From: an uncultured virus (IMG/VR IMGVR_UViG_3300002140_000088)
Taxonomy: Duplodnaviria > Heunggongvirae > Uroviricota > Caudoviricetes
Strand: one strand, 5' to 3'
Virus record (IMG/VR): IMGVR_UViG_3300002140_000088
DNA: 64,000 nucleotides
In this document: piece after piece, positions 39,680-49,265 of the stretch
How the letters are laid out: each line of letters starts with the position of its first letter
How positions within the stretch are numbered: position 1 is the first letter of the stretch
Position numbers and translations under genes: made by a program
Notes under the pieces: generated by a model
What the model was told of the DNA's origin: nothing
Databases searched by the model: none
What the model saw: the letters and a program-made list of their open reading frames with translations, nothing else

Positions 39680-40888
39680 TTAACTTCCTGACGCATACAC
39701 ATATTGGTTTAGCTCAAAACCAAATCTAAACTCTGCAAAGCTACTTGAATTCTTGCCCTTAATGATTGGAGTACCTTCACTGTTTTTTACAACAGAATAC
39801 CCCGTCAATCCATAGAGCGGGTGAGTGTCAGTTTTATTTTCTACCCTAAGACCATCATAAGCAATATAGTACTGGTCAGAAGGAACTAGGTCTACCCCAA
39901 CAAGAACAGATGCATAAACTTTTACTAGCGTAACTTGGTCCCAAGAAAAACCAATTGTTTTCCGCAATTCTTGAAGCTGTTTAGTTATAACGAAGTATCT
40001 ATTTCCTGCAAAATCAACACCATCTTCTCCGTTAACAAGCTTAATATCAAGAATGGCAGACTGCACATCTCCTGCTTCTGCTGATGCAAACTCTAGGACT
40101 ATCCTTACTTCTTCTGGATCATCCAAAAGAACATCTTCTCCTACAGGTTGTCCAACCCTATTTATTAGTGAGAACGCAAATTTAAGCTCATCTGTGGGGG
40201 CATTCTGATCTAGTGTTAAAGATACACCAGTTAAATGTATGTGTGAAGAAGTTGTATCATTAGGGATCAAGCTTTGATCACCACTGTTAATTGCTATATT
40301 TGCTTGATCTCCACGAATAATAATTGAGGTGTCTAAAAATCTTGGCACCTCATACCGCTGAATTCTGTCAGAATAAAGAAATGTTGGGTTATCCGAACTA
40401 GCAGTAAATGCTACATACCCAGTCTCTGCCCCCTCTACATCAAGTGGAAATATTTCATTTGTACCGTCATCTAAAGATTCTGTTACTTTTGTTATAGCAG
40501 AAGCGGCAGATGAATTATGATATTCCCAACCCTCTAAATCAGAAAATGATTGTATCAGTTTGCTATTTGCAATCCCTGCCTCTGGGTTAGAACCAGCAGA
40601 ATAGATTCCAACCTCAGTCATACCATATCTTTCGGTGGTAGGAAGTTCTGCAGTTAATACAACGTAAGTGTTTCCATCTTCTTTTACGTATCCCCTAGAA
40701 GTAATAGGCACACGGAACATCTCAAAGTCAAGATTTTCTTTAACCTCATAAATGCTAGCATAGTCTTCTGGAAAATCTGTTTGATTTAATGGAACTGATC
40801 CACAGCCAATAGCGATATGGGAAGCATAGCTGCCTGTATGCCCAAGCAGGTATTTTGCAATAATGTTTTTGCCAGTGTTAGTTATCAT
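39680..40888 (-). CDS. minor tail or baseplate protein
   Basis: MITNTGKNII...HIAIGCG...L.FE..R...TEVGIY, typical of phage tail/baseplate proteins. Confidence 0.7.
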   Translation of the reverse strand: MITNTGKNIIAKYLLGHTGSYASHIAIGCGSVPLNQTDFPEDYASIYEVKENLDFEMFRVPITSRGYVKEDGNTYVVLTAELPTTERYGMTEVGIYSAGSNPEAGIANSKLIQSFSDLEGWEYHNSSAASAITKVTESLDDGTNEIFPLDVEGAETGYVAFTASSDNPTFLYSDRIQRYEVPRFLDTSIIIRGDQANIAINSGDQSLIPNDTTSSHIHLTGVSLTLDQNAPTDELKFAFSLINRVGQPVGEDVLLDDPEEVRIVLEFASAEAGDVQSAILDIKLVNGEDGVDFAGNRYFVITKQLQELRKTIGFSWDQVTLVKVYASVLVGVDLVPSDQYYIAYDGLRVENKTDTHPLYGLTGYSVVKNSEGTPIIKGKNSSSFAEFRFGFELNQYVYASGS

Positions 40889-40900
40889 CCTTTTACCTTC

Positions 40901-41398
40901 TTAGTATATTGTATCACGCAGAAGCTCCTCTGACGCAATAGACTGTACCTCTACCTCATAAGAATCTTTTATGTTGGAAACATATATAGTTATATCGTTA
41001 TTTGCATTAATTGTAATTGGGTTGCTTAGATTTGGATCAACAGTTTGCAGAGCATCTTCTGATGGCAGGTATTTTTCAAACTTAATACCGAAATTATTAA
41101 AATAAAATGGGGAAGAGTTTTCTATTGATATAATGCTTCTTGGATTATATTCAGAATCAAGTTTTTGTAAGTCTGCAATAATTTGATAACTAATTCTTTT
41201 ACCACTTACTAAATCTCTTCTGGCTAAAGAAATTATTTCATGCCCACCAATGTTTTGCCAGAGCGTGTTCTGCATCTCTTCGACATTTGCTGCTGGATCT
41301 GTAGAAACAATATATTGTGGGTCAGCTATCTTAAACCTATCCAGCTTAAACGTATTTTCGTTTAATGAATTAGGTTGATTAGCTACTGCATCTACCAT
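40901..41398 (-). CDS. putative minor tail protein
   Basis: Position in the tail module. Confidence 0.6.
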   Translation of the reverse strand: MVDAVANQPNSLNENTFKLDRFKIADPQYIVSTDPAANVEEMQNTLWQNIGGHEIISLARRDLVSGKRISYQIIADLQKLDSEYNPRSIISIENSSPFYFNNFGIKFEKYLPSEDALQTVDPNLSNPITINANNDITIYVSNIKDSYEVEVQSIASEELLRDTIY

Positions 41399-41399
41399 T

Positions 41400-44300
41400 T
41401 TACAATACCTCGCTTAAAAATATATTCATAGAAGGACCTTTTGAATTTCTAGAATATTCTATATTATATACTACAAATCTAGAATCATTGGAAGATATTT
41501 GTTCAATAGAATCATTTGATTGATAGTCTATTGATACAATGTCTCCAAGCTGTATTGTTGGCATAGCAAAAATTTTAATTCCAACAGATTTTCTTGGCTT
41601 CATTATTTTTGAAATCATCCATGCCATTAAGTTATTTGCTTCATCCTGACTCTGAATATAAGAAGAAGAAATGTTAAACTCTTTTTTACCATAAGTTAGT
41701 CTACTATTTTTGATATCTAGGTAGTCCTGCTTTGCCCTAACTGGCGATACGATTAGACCATCTTCAGTTATGTCTGGATCTGAAAAATTACTAACTCTAT
41801 CAAAATAATCATCAACTGTAAGCTCTTTGTCTGTTGACTGAGTAAATGTTACACCCTGAATTCTTAGATAGTTCCCAGATGTTTCGTCTAGATTAAGAGC
41901 GGTATCAGTATTATTAAAGATTAAGAACTCTGCTCCATAAGCACTTGGGATAAATCCAGAAACTGTATACCCCTTCATTTTGTTAAATGTTTCAGACATG
42001 GCTGCATAAAGAGCTGGATATGCTTTATCATATTTAACATTGAAGTATGAACATTCTCGCATTATTGTTCCAAATTCTTCAAAATATATTCTGTACTTTG
42101 AAGGATCATTTGTTCCTATTCCAGAAAGATAGGTAGATTGAACAGAACCGCTAAGGGCATACTTTCTAAATGACTGAGAAACATCTAAGGAATCCGTCCC
42201 AAAGACACTATTGACTGGTGCATCTAGCTCAAAGATGGTGTTCTGGCTATAGTTATTTGCAATAGCATATATATTTTCAAACATTGCCCTGGTGCTTCCC
42301 CTGACAAATAATGCCATGTTATTATAAACTGGCAATGGGTCTGAATCATTAACAACAGCAATAATTTTATTATTAATCATTAGATAAAATTTTCTATTGT
42401 TGGTGTCAATGTCTTCGTATTCTACAGAAATATCATATACACTTGGGTTAGACTCATTAGCCATTCTGAATTGTCCAACCATTGTTCCATCATCAACAGT
42501 GATGTTGGTTACGCCCTGCCAAAGTTTAATTGGAATTGCCCTAGTGCTATCTGTTACTGGCTCATCACTTTCTAAGGCAACTTTTCTAACAATTTTATAA
42601 AAAACAACATTAAATAATCCAGAGCTATCCCCGTACTTTGATAAGTCATCTTGTGATAATGCCATTATTTCAAAGTAATACCCAACATTTGTTTCAGGAT
42701 TTACCATCATTCCAATTCCCGCAGATCCACCATAAATGGAGAATTGTTCGTCTAAAGAGTATTCTGGATTTAAGAAATAATTTAGACTATTGTAAATTAT
42801 TTGTTCATTTTCTTCTTGAGTGATTTTACCAATAATTCTCATTCTTGTTCCAAAGTGAGAAAATTTATTATCTAGTGGTTTATACGCATAAGAAATAAAA
42901 TCTATTGCCTCTCTGGCATTGTCTCCAGACTCAAACTCAAAAGATGGACCATCAAAAATTAAAGCAGACGACTGTATTGTTCCAGTCTGTGTTGATAAAA
43001 ATTTGTTAATATCTGTTTCACTGAATGATGATTTAGTTAAATAATTTTTAACAATACCATTTCTAGAAGAAGATTTTGCCAAGGAGTTATTGCTTTGGCC
43101 ATATCCAGCCTTGTCCAAAGCTGTGACCTCAAGCTCTTCAATAATTGATAAAATATTTTTATAGGATACATTATCGTAGTAGTACTGTATTTCTGTTTCA
43201 CCATCTTCTTGATCAACAAGGATTTCTTCTTGAGAAACATTGTACTGTGGGATAGTTTCTCCAACTTCTCTATTCAAAATAATCTTATTTGTATCATTAA
43301 AAGATTTTATAAATGAGTGAGTGCCGGATTGCTCTCTATAGGCTAATGCCAGTGTATGATTTCCTGTCCCAGCAGAAGTAAAAGTAACAACTGATCCATT
43401 AGCCTTTAGACTTAAATAGATATTGTTGGCATCAACTATTTTTACATAATATATAGTCGTTGTGTTTAGACCAGTAGGCAGTACACCATCAGTAAAAAGT
43501 TTTACTGTATCATTTTTAACTAATCCATGATCGTTTATGGGTATTTGATTTGGCTTATTTACTATGTCTATACTCGATATTTCTTTAGTTGCTGTATCTG
43601 GAACGACTTCAGATGAGGTTATAATTTCTTCTAGATCTTCAGAAAGCAAGCTAAAAGAATTATCATTTATTTTTTGCACATAATATTTTGTATTAAGATC
43701 AATACCAAATGGTAATGTACCTGTGCTCGAAAAAGTGATCTCGTCCATATCAAATAGTCCGTGGTTTGTAACAGAAATAATTGCTGGACTGGCTATTGTA
43801 ATTGAGTTTATTGTTTTTGTTATTTCTGTAGCTGGTCTAGTTGTAGCAACTCTGGTTGGAGAAACTAGTTGTCCAGAACCCTCAGAAATTTCAAGAAGGT
43901 TTCCTGCCTTAAGGCTAATATTGTCTGGAGATATTAGTGTGGTATTAAGTATTTCATCAATTAAATTAAGGATTACACAAAAACTTTCTCCATCACTAAG
44001 AGTTATGTCTTGGTCATTATGAGCTACTGGTGTTCCAGACAGGGTGCTTGAAACCAAAAACTCTGTGGCACTAATTACTGTGTGAACATAGAATGATGCA
44101 TACCTAGTTAGTCCACCAGATATTTGTTTTTCTATAAACCCTCCATCAGAGATTACTCCAAAGAAAACTCTTTCTCCAACATAAAAATTTTGAGATGAGG
44201 CTAGAGTCACTAAGACATAACCACTACCATCCTGAGTGATAGATTGTATCTCCAGTGTATCTGGAACTGTATCCAAAGATACTTTATGGGTTCCAGCTTG

Positions 44301-47300
44301 TGCTCCAGAAGATTGAATGGTTACGGCATTGCGAGAGTTAATCCTAGAATTTGCAATAGTAAAAGAATATTTGCTAATATTTTTGGGAGTAACAAAGTAT
44401 TGATCATCAACACTTAGATCTTGTGGTAAATTATCAGTTGTAACAAAAGAAATTGTATCGAATGGAGTAAAGTTATGGGGAATATCTGTTGTGAACTTTA
44501 GCTCTCCAACATTTTCTTGTGATGTGTCTGTCCAAGTTATTCCGTCATCAGATGTAGATACCTGCAGCTTATTACCAATGGCTAGCCAGTTGTTAGCATA
44601 ATTTATTTCATTAATTGTGCTAGTGCCAAATTTTGGCTTTACAGTTTTCCACTTTGTAATGTTCGTTGACCTGGACATTTCTCCATTATCTCCAGCGACA
44701 ATCCATTGACTATTGGCATATCTGACTGCCTTAATTGAATTTTTTAGTTTAGTATCTAGCTTGCTCCATGAAACTAAATTAGTAGATCTTGCTGTTTTTC
44801 CAGATGCACCAGAAATTATCCAGGTATTAGAACCGAAGTCTAGGTCAAATATATTACCAGTTTTAAATCCAGCATCTACAGCAACCCAGTCATCTGTATC
44901 AGAGGAATAGGATATGCATCCATTGTTTCCAACAACTACCCAATTAGCATTTCCATACGCTACTGAGTTTAGGTTAGTGTTTACAAATCTTTCTACCTTA
45001 TGAGAGGAGGGTGATTGAGAACTAACAAAATCTATTGGGATATAATCAGGCAAAGATAGTAAGTGTATGCTATCTTTATTCACTGCACGAACAGCATATT
45101 TTGTACTTGAAGAAACTCCTGATGGTAATGATCCAACATCTACTATTCTAACTTGTTCGTTATCAGAAAAGCCGTGTCGTTTTACTGTAAATGTTGCAGC
45201 AAGTTTGTTGTACCTATGAGTTCCAGCCCCAGAAGATGTAGTATTGATTGCAAGACCATTACTAGTTAATTTAAGTGCAAAGGTATCATTGCTCCTGTAG
45301 ATAACATAGTAGTCTGTTGAAGTGTCGAGTCCTGTTGGTAAAGATCCGCTAGTTGTTAGCCTAATCCTATCATTTTCTTTTAACCCATGACTTTTCTTTG
45401 TTAGTATCCCTGGCGTACCTTGAGTAATTGTAGATATTTGAATTCCACTTTCTTGGAAGGTAGCAGAAAGAACCTTCGACTGCTTATCATTAAATACTGT
45501 ATAGTCTAGCCTAGAAGTCTTGATATCCCACGTATCGCCGTCAGTAGAGGTAGCTATTAGTCCACTATTGCCAACTACCACCCATTTATTATTTTCATAA
45601 ATAATTTTATTAAGTTTTATGCTACCCAGCCCAGAAGCAATCTCTGTCCAAGACTCCCCGTCTTCAGAGTAGGCCATAGCAGAGGTGGTGGAACTTCCAT
45701 CTATTTCATATCCAACAGCTATCCACCTGCTAGTCGATGATGGGCCATCTCCGTAAGCTACAGAGTTAAAAGAAAAGTTATCAACAAAGTCTATGTCTGT
45801 TCCTACTACCCAGCTTTCTCCATCAACAGAAACTCTAAACTTTCCATCGTCACCAACACCAACCCATTGACCATCTCCATATGCCGCAGATGTTATTGCT
45901 CCAGCTTCTTCAATATCTATTAATACATTCATTTCAATTTTAGATTGATTATATACGCCTTTGGCTATACCATCATCAAACGTAGAGAATAAGTATTCTG
46001 AGTCCATGTGAATACCCCGTACTGGAGCATTCGTAGTTGTATCTGACCAATATTGTGGTAGGCCAGCATTATGATATGCAATAGCAGTTCCAAACTGTTC
46101 CCTACCGTGCTTACGAACTGAACCAGATTTCATTAAGGTGATTCCACTTATTTCTTCGTAGAAGGGCTCTGTGTAGATCCTGACACGTCCTGTAGGGTAA
46201 ATCTTGCCACCAAACTGTATTTTAGAGAAATAATTCTGGTACTCCCTAAGACTACTAACCCAAACATTACCTATACCAGATACGCTATATTCAATAGCAT
46301 CATACTTAATGATCTCTCCATTAGCATAGAAGTATCCATTGTATCTCGCTACCCAATATGCACCCTCGCCAAAATCAATAACATTGTTGACTATTTGGCT
46401 ATTTGCTACATATGGCTTTACATCAGATAGGTCAGAGTTTAGAGGAACTGCGGCAAGAGTATAAGAAGAAGAGCTTTGCTGTTCACCCTCAATTGACCTA
46501 AGAGGTGTTGTCCCAGCTACCTCCCAAAGTAATGCTGGTTGATATATCCAGTTTTGATCTTGATTAACATAGCTTGCTTCTTTTAAAGAGCCGTAGGTCT
46601 TAGCAATATATTTTTCCTGAAAAGTAATTTTTCCATCATTAAAAACTTCTTGATTCTTAGAAGATAGCTCTACGATGTTTGAAAGCTTTTGATTAACACT
46701 GTTATTCTCAACAACCCCTAATTTATTTTGATCAAGAGAACCAAGCAGCTCTAGATCTGTATCTCTCTCTCCAATGGTTGGCATCATATAATCTTTTGAC
46801 ATCAATGTTAGATTATTGTACTCATCAAAGAACATTGCAGTCTGTGTTGCTACAGCTAAATCTTGCAATACCTGAGCAACTGAGGTTTCTGGCTTTACGA
46901 AGAAATACGGAATAATAGGATCATCTTCTCCATCAATTCTTTTAAAGGTATAGTTAGAAAAACCAACAGAGTCAAGCAAGAATGATACTGCGTAGCTCAA
47001 GGATGCACTTTCTACTAATAGCTGTGGTGCATTCAACGATTCAAAGTAAAAGAAAAGGTCTCTTAGGGGTAGGGTTATTTTTCTACTATTACTCGATGAC
47101 TCTGGGAAACCGTCAGCATATAAAGTTTTTAAAGGTACGTGATAAGACGCTATTGAGTCTGAAAGGTTATAAATAATTTCAAATAGTTTAACTTGAAGAT
47201 TATTTGAAGTAAAGGTAGATAGAATGCTATCTGAATTATTTTTATTAAAAGAATCATCAAAGTCAAATATTTCCATTGATCCATTAGATGCTAATAATTG

Positions 47301-48608
47301 GCCAACTGGCATACCACTCATACCCAGGTCGGAAGCACTTTTATTAAAGTTAAAAGATACAATTCTATCTGTAATATTTGTAGTTAGCCTAGGAGAAAGT
47401 TCTAGCAAATCAAAAGTAGATCCAAACTTGTTCATTGTATCTACAACCACTCTTATACCACCGATGTACTCAAACTCTTTGTACTTTGTTTCTCCAGTAG
47501 AAGAATCAAGAAAGTATTCTGGATTAATGAAATTAGTTACAAAATTTGTTTCTTCAGATATGGCTTCCTCGCCAAGAGACCAGCCATAAGATGGTGTGAA
47601 TGTTTGATATTCCGCCCCATCCCATACATAGATAGAGCCAAGGTCGTTATCATTTTCCTGCACAAAGTATGCACTATTAATTGCTGGGCTTACCGGCAGC
47701 AGACTTTCAAATGGATATTTGCCATCAAAGTAAATGCTTCCCTTATATTCATCTGGAATAATTAGTCCGTATGAAATCTCTACATAGCCATCGGAGCTAA
47801 TTACTGCTAAACCATTAGACCTTGTTGACAGTGGATTAAATGATATAGCATCAGACCAGTTATTATTTTTTAATACCTGGATTTTCCAGTTAGTCGGTGT
47901 AGTCTGATTTACGGTGCCATAAAATGGATCATTGAATTCTAATCCTCCGCCCACGAATGGCCCAAGATCTACTTCGCCAACATTGGTTTGCATCTTGACA
48001 ACAATTTTATTAGTTGGAATATCTGATTTATATTTTATGAATGGGGCAGCATCATCAATATAGAATAATGCTCCAGCAGGATGATTTGCAATACCACGAT
48101 CAATACCATTTTCTTTACGGTATGATGTCCAATACTTAAAGGAGTCTTTACGACTAGCCATATAATACCGTGGCCTATTGGCTAAATCTGTATTAACAAA
48201 GTGCGTATAGTTATCTTCAAAATATCTAAGCTTATTAATCCCAGACCTTGGACGGAATCTCCTAAAGCAATCTTCTAAGGAATAAAGAAGTCTTTCTTTT
48301 TCATTTGGCTGGGTAAAAGCAATTGGAGAATCATCGTTCTCTAGCCCACCATCAATTACAATGTCTGCATCCGTAGCACCAGTATAAAACTTTACTTGAT
48401 TATTTGCATCATTTATATCAAATGACCCAGCTATTGTGGAGTATACTCCATCATCAGATGTTGGGCTTGCGGTTGGACGGTATCGATAGTTTCCAATAGT
48501 AGAAATGTTTTCAGCAACATTCATATTCCATTCAGCAATAGCCAGCGGTTTGCTATTAATACTTGATGAGGTTTCTAGATATTGTTGTAATTCTTCATTA
48601 ACAAACAT
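41400..48608 (-). CDS. large tail tip or central fibre protein (2402 aa)
   Basis: Downstream of TMP and Dit-like gene; internal beta-propeller blades and six HG-LP-YYV repeats; C-terminal IQLGDIV. Confidence 0.8.
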   Translation of the reverse strand: MFVNEELQQYLETSSSINSKPLAIAEWNMNVAENISTIGNYRYRPTASPTSDDGVYSTIAGSFDINDANNQVKFYTGATDADIVIDGGLENDDSPIAFTQPNEKERLLYSLEDCFRRFRPRSGINKLRYFEDNYTHFVNTDLANRPRYYMASRKDSFKYWTSYRKENGIDRGIANHPAGALFYIDDAAPFIKYKSDIPTNKIVVKMQTNVGEVDLGPFVGGGLEFNDPFYGTVNQTTPTNWKIQVLKNNNWSDAISFNPLSTRSNGLAVISSDGYVEISYGLIIPDEYKGSIYFDGKYPFESLLPVSPAINSAYFVQENDNDLGSIYVWDGAEYQTFTPSYGWSLGEEAISEETNFVTNFINPEYFLDSSTGETKYKEFEYIGGIRVVVDTMNKFGSTFDLLELSPRLTTNITDRIVSFNFNKSASDLGMSGMPVGQLLASNGSMEIFDFDDSFNKNNSDSILSTFTSNNLQVKLFEIIYNLSDSIASYHVPLKTLYADGFPESSSNSRKITLPLRDLFFYFESLNAPQLLVESASLSYAVSFLLDSVGFSNYTFKRIDGEDDPIIPYFFVKPETSVAQVLQDLAVATQTAMFFDEYNNLTLMSKDYMMPTIGERDTDLELLGSLDQNKLGVVENNSVNQKLSNIVELSSKNQEVFNDGKITFQEKYIAKTYGSLKEASYVNQDQNWIYQPALLWEVAGTTPLRSIEGEQQSSSSYTLAAVPLNSDLSDVKPYVANSQIVNNVIDFGEGAYWVARYNGYFYANGEIIKYDAIEYSVSGIGNVWVSSLREYQNYFSKIQFGGKIYPTGRVRIYTEPFYEEISGITLMKSGSVRKHGREQFGTAIAYHNAGLPQYWSDTTTNAPVRGIHMDSEYLFSTFDDGIAKGVYNQSKIEMNVLIDIEEAGAITSAAYGDGQWVGVGDDGKFRVSVDGESWVVGTDIDFVDNFSFNSVAYGDGPSSTSRWIAVGYEIDGSSTTSAMAYSEDGESWTEIASGLGSIKLNKIIYENNKWVVVGNSGLIATSTDGDTWDIKTSRLDYTVFNDKQSKVLSATFQESGIQISTITQGTPGILTKKSHGLKENDRIRLTTSGSLPTGLDTSTDYYVIYRSNDTFALKLTSNGLAINTTSSGAGTHRYNKLAATFTVKRHGFSDNEQVRIVDVGSLPSGVSSSTKYAVRAVNKDSIHLLSLPDYIPIDFVSSQSPSSHKVERFVNTNLNSVAYGNANWVVVGNNGCISYSSDTDDWVAVDAGFKTGNIFDLDFGSNTWIISGASGKTARSTNLVSWSKLDTKLKNSIKAVRYANSQWIVAGDNGEMSRSTNITKWKTVKPKFGTSTINEINYANNWLAIGNKLQVSTSDDGITWTDTSQENVGELKFTTDIPHNFTPFDTISFVTTDNLPQDLSVDDQYFVTPKNISKYSFTIANSRINSRNAVTIQSSGAQAGTHKVSLDTVPDTLEIQSITQDGSGYVLVTLASSQNFYVGERVFFGVISDGGFIEKQISGGLTRYASFYVHTVISATEFLVSSTLSGTPVAHNDQDITLSDGESFCVILNLIDEILNTTLISPDNISLKAGNLLEISEGSGQLVSPTRVATTRPATEITKTINSITIASPAIISVTNHGLFDMDEITFSSTGTLPFGIDLNTKYYVQKINDNSFSLLSEDLEEIITSSEVVPDTATKEISSIDIVNKPNQIPINDHGLVKNDTVKLFTDGVLPTGLNTTTIYYVKIVDANNIYLSLKANGSVVTFTSAGTGNHTLALAYREQSGTHSFIKSFNDTNKIILNREVGETIPQYNVSQEEILVDQEDGETEIQYYYDNVSYKNILSIIEELEVTALDKAGYGQSNNSLAKSSSRNGIVKNYLTKSSFSETDINKFLSTQTGTIQSSALIFDGPSFEFESGDNAREAIDFISYAYKPLDNKFSHFGTRMRIIGKITQEENEQIIYNSLNYFLNPEYSLDEQFSIYGGSAGIGMMVNPETNVGYYFEIMALSQDDLSKYGDSSGLFNVVFYKIVRKVALESDEPVTDSTRAIPIKLWQGVTNITVDDGTMVGQFRMANESNPSVYDISVEYEDIDTNNRKFYLMINNKIIAVVNDSDPLPVYNNMALFVRGSTRAMFENIYAIANNYSQNTIFELDAPVNSVFGTDSLDVSQSFRKYALSGSVQSTYLSGIGTNDPSKYRIYFEEFGTIMRECSYFNVKYDKAYPALYAAMSETFNKMKGYTVSGFIPSAYGAEFLIFNNTDTALNLDETSGNYLRIQGVTFTQSTDKELTVDDYFDRVSNFSDPDITEDGLIVSPVRAKQDYLDIKNSRLTYGKKEFNISSSYIQSQDEANNLMAWMISKIMKPRKSVGIKIFAMPTIQLGDIVSIDYQSNDSIEQISSNDSRFVVYNIEYSRNSKGPSMNIFLSEVL

Positions 48609-49265
48609 CTATACCTCTTCCAAATCTACGCTTACATTCCAAAAGTCAAAGCTTGTGTTACCTCGCTTTACAACATTATAACTAAAAGTATTAAAGAATA
48701 CCTCAATGACTTGGCTATACTTGTTTAAGTTGTTGTATTCAGCATCAGCATCAGCTAAATCTTTAAAGTTGGTGTGCTTATCATATGACAGATATAGCCA
48801 GAATGATCCAGTATATCTTTCATACCAGTCTAGCATATCTACCCCGCCAGCACCGCCATCAACGGTAAACTCTTCATTACTTGTTTTATTATATGGTGAT
48901 AAACCATTAGAATTAAAGTCTGGGAAAAGGTGGTATGCCCTAGAAGGAATCATATCCCAACTAGTCGATACTGAAAGCTTATCGGCAACATGATATGAAC
49001 GCATCCTGCCATTTGCCATTCTTTCTTTTGTTTCAATTCTTTCAATAGAAAAATCAATATCTTGACGGTTATGGTCAGAAAGAATTAAGAATTCATGTTC
49101 ATCAGTTGTTGAATATGCAGCTGATCCAATCTCATTACCAAGCGGCACATGGTAAATACTATCGGTATCAGGATCTTGAACGGTAGTACCAGAGTTATTA
49201 GCCCAGAGCATGGCTTGCGGTCTGCCATATTTTTTTCTACCCTGCATATAAGATAAGCTAGCCAT
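48609..49265 (-). CDS. distal tail (Dit)-like protein
   Basis: Directly after TMP; ERMANGRMRSY and C-terminal WNVSVDLEEV. Confidence 0.7.
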   Translation of the reverse strand: MASLSYMQGRKKYGRPQAMLWANNSGTTVQDPDTDSIYHVPLGNEIGSAAYSTTDEHEFLILSDHNRQDIDFSIERIETKERMANGRMRSYHVADKLSVSTSWDMIPSRAYHLFPDFNSNGLSPYNKTSNEEFTVDGGAGGVDMLDWYERYTGSFWLYLSYDKHTNFKDLADADAEYNNLNKYSQVIEVFFNTFSYNVVKRGNTSFDFWNVSVDLEEV

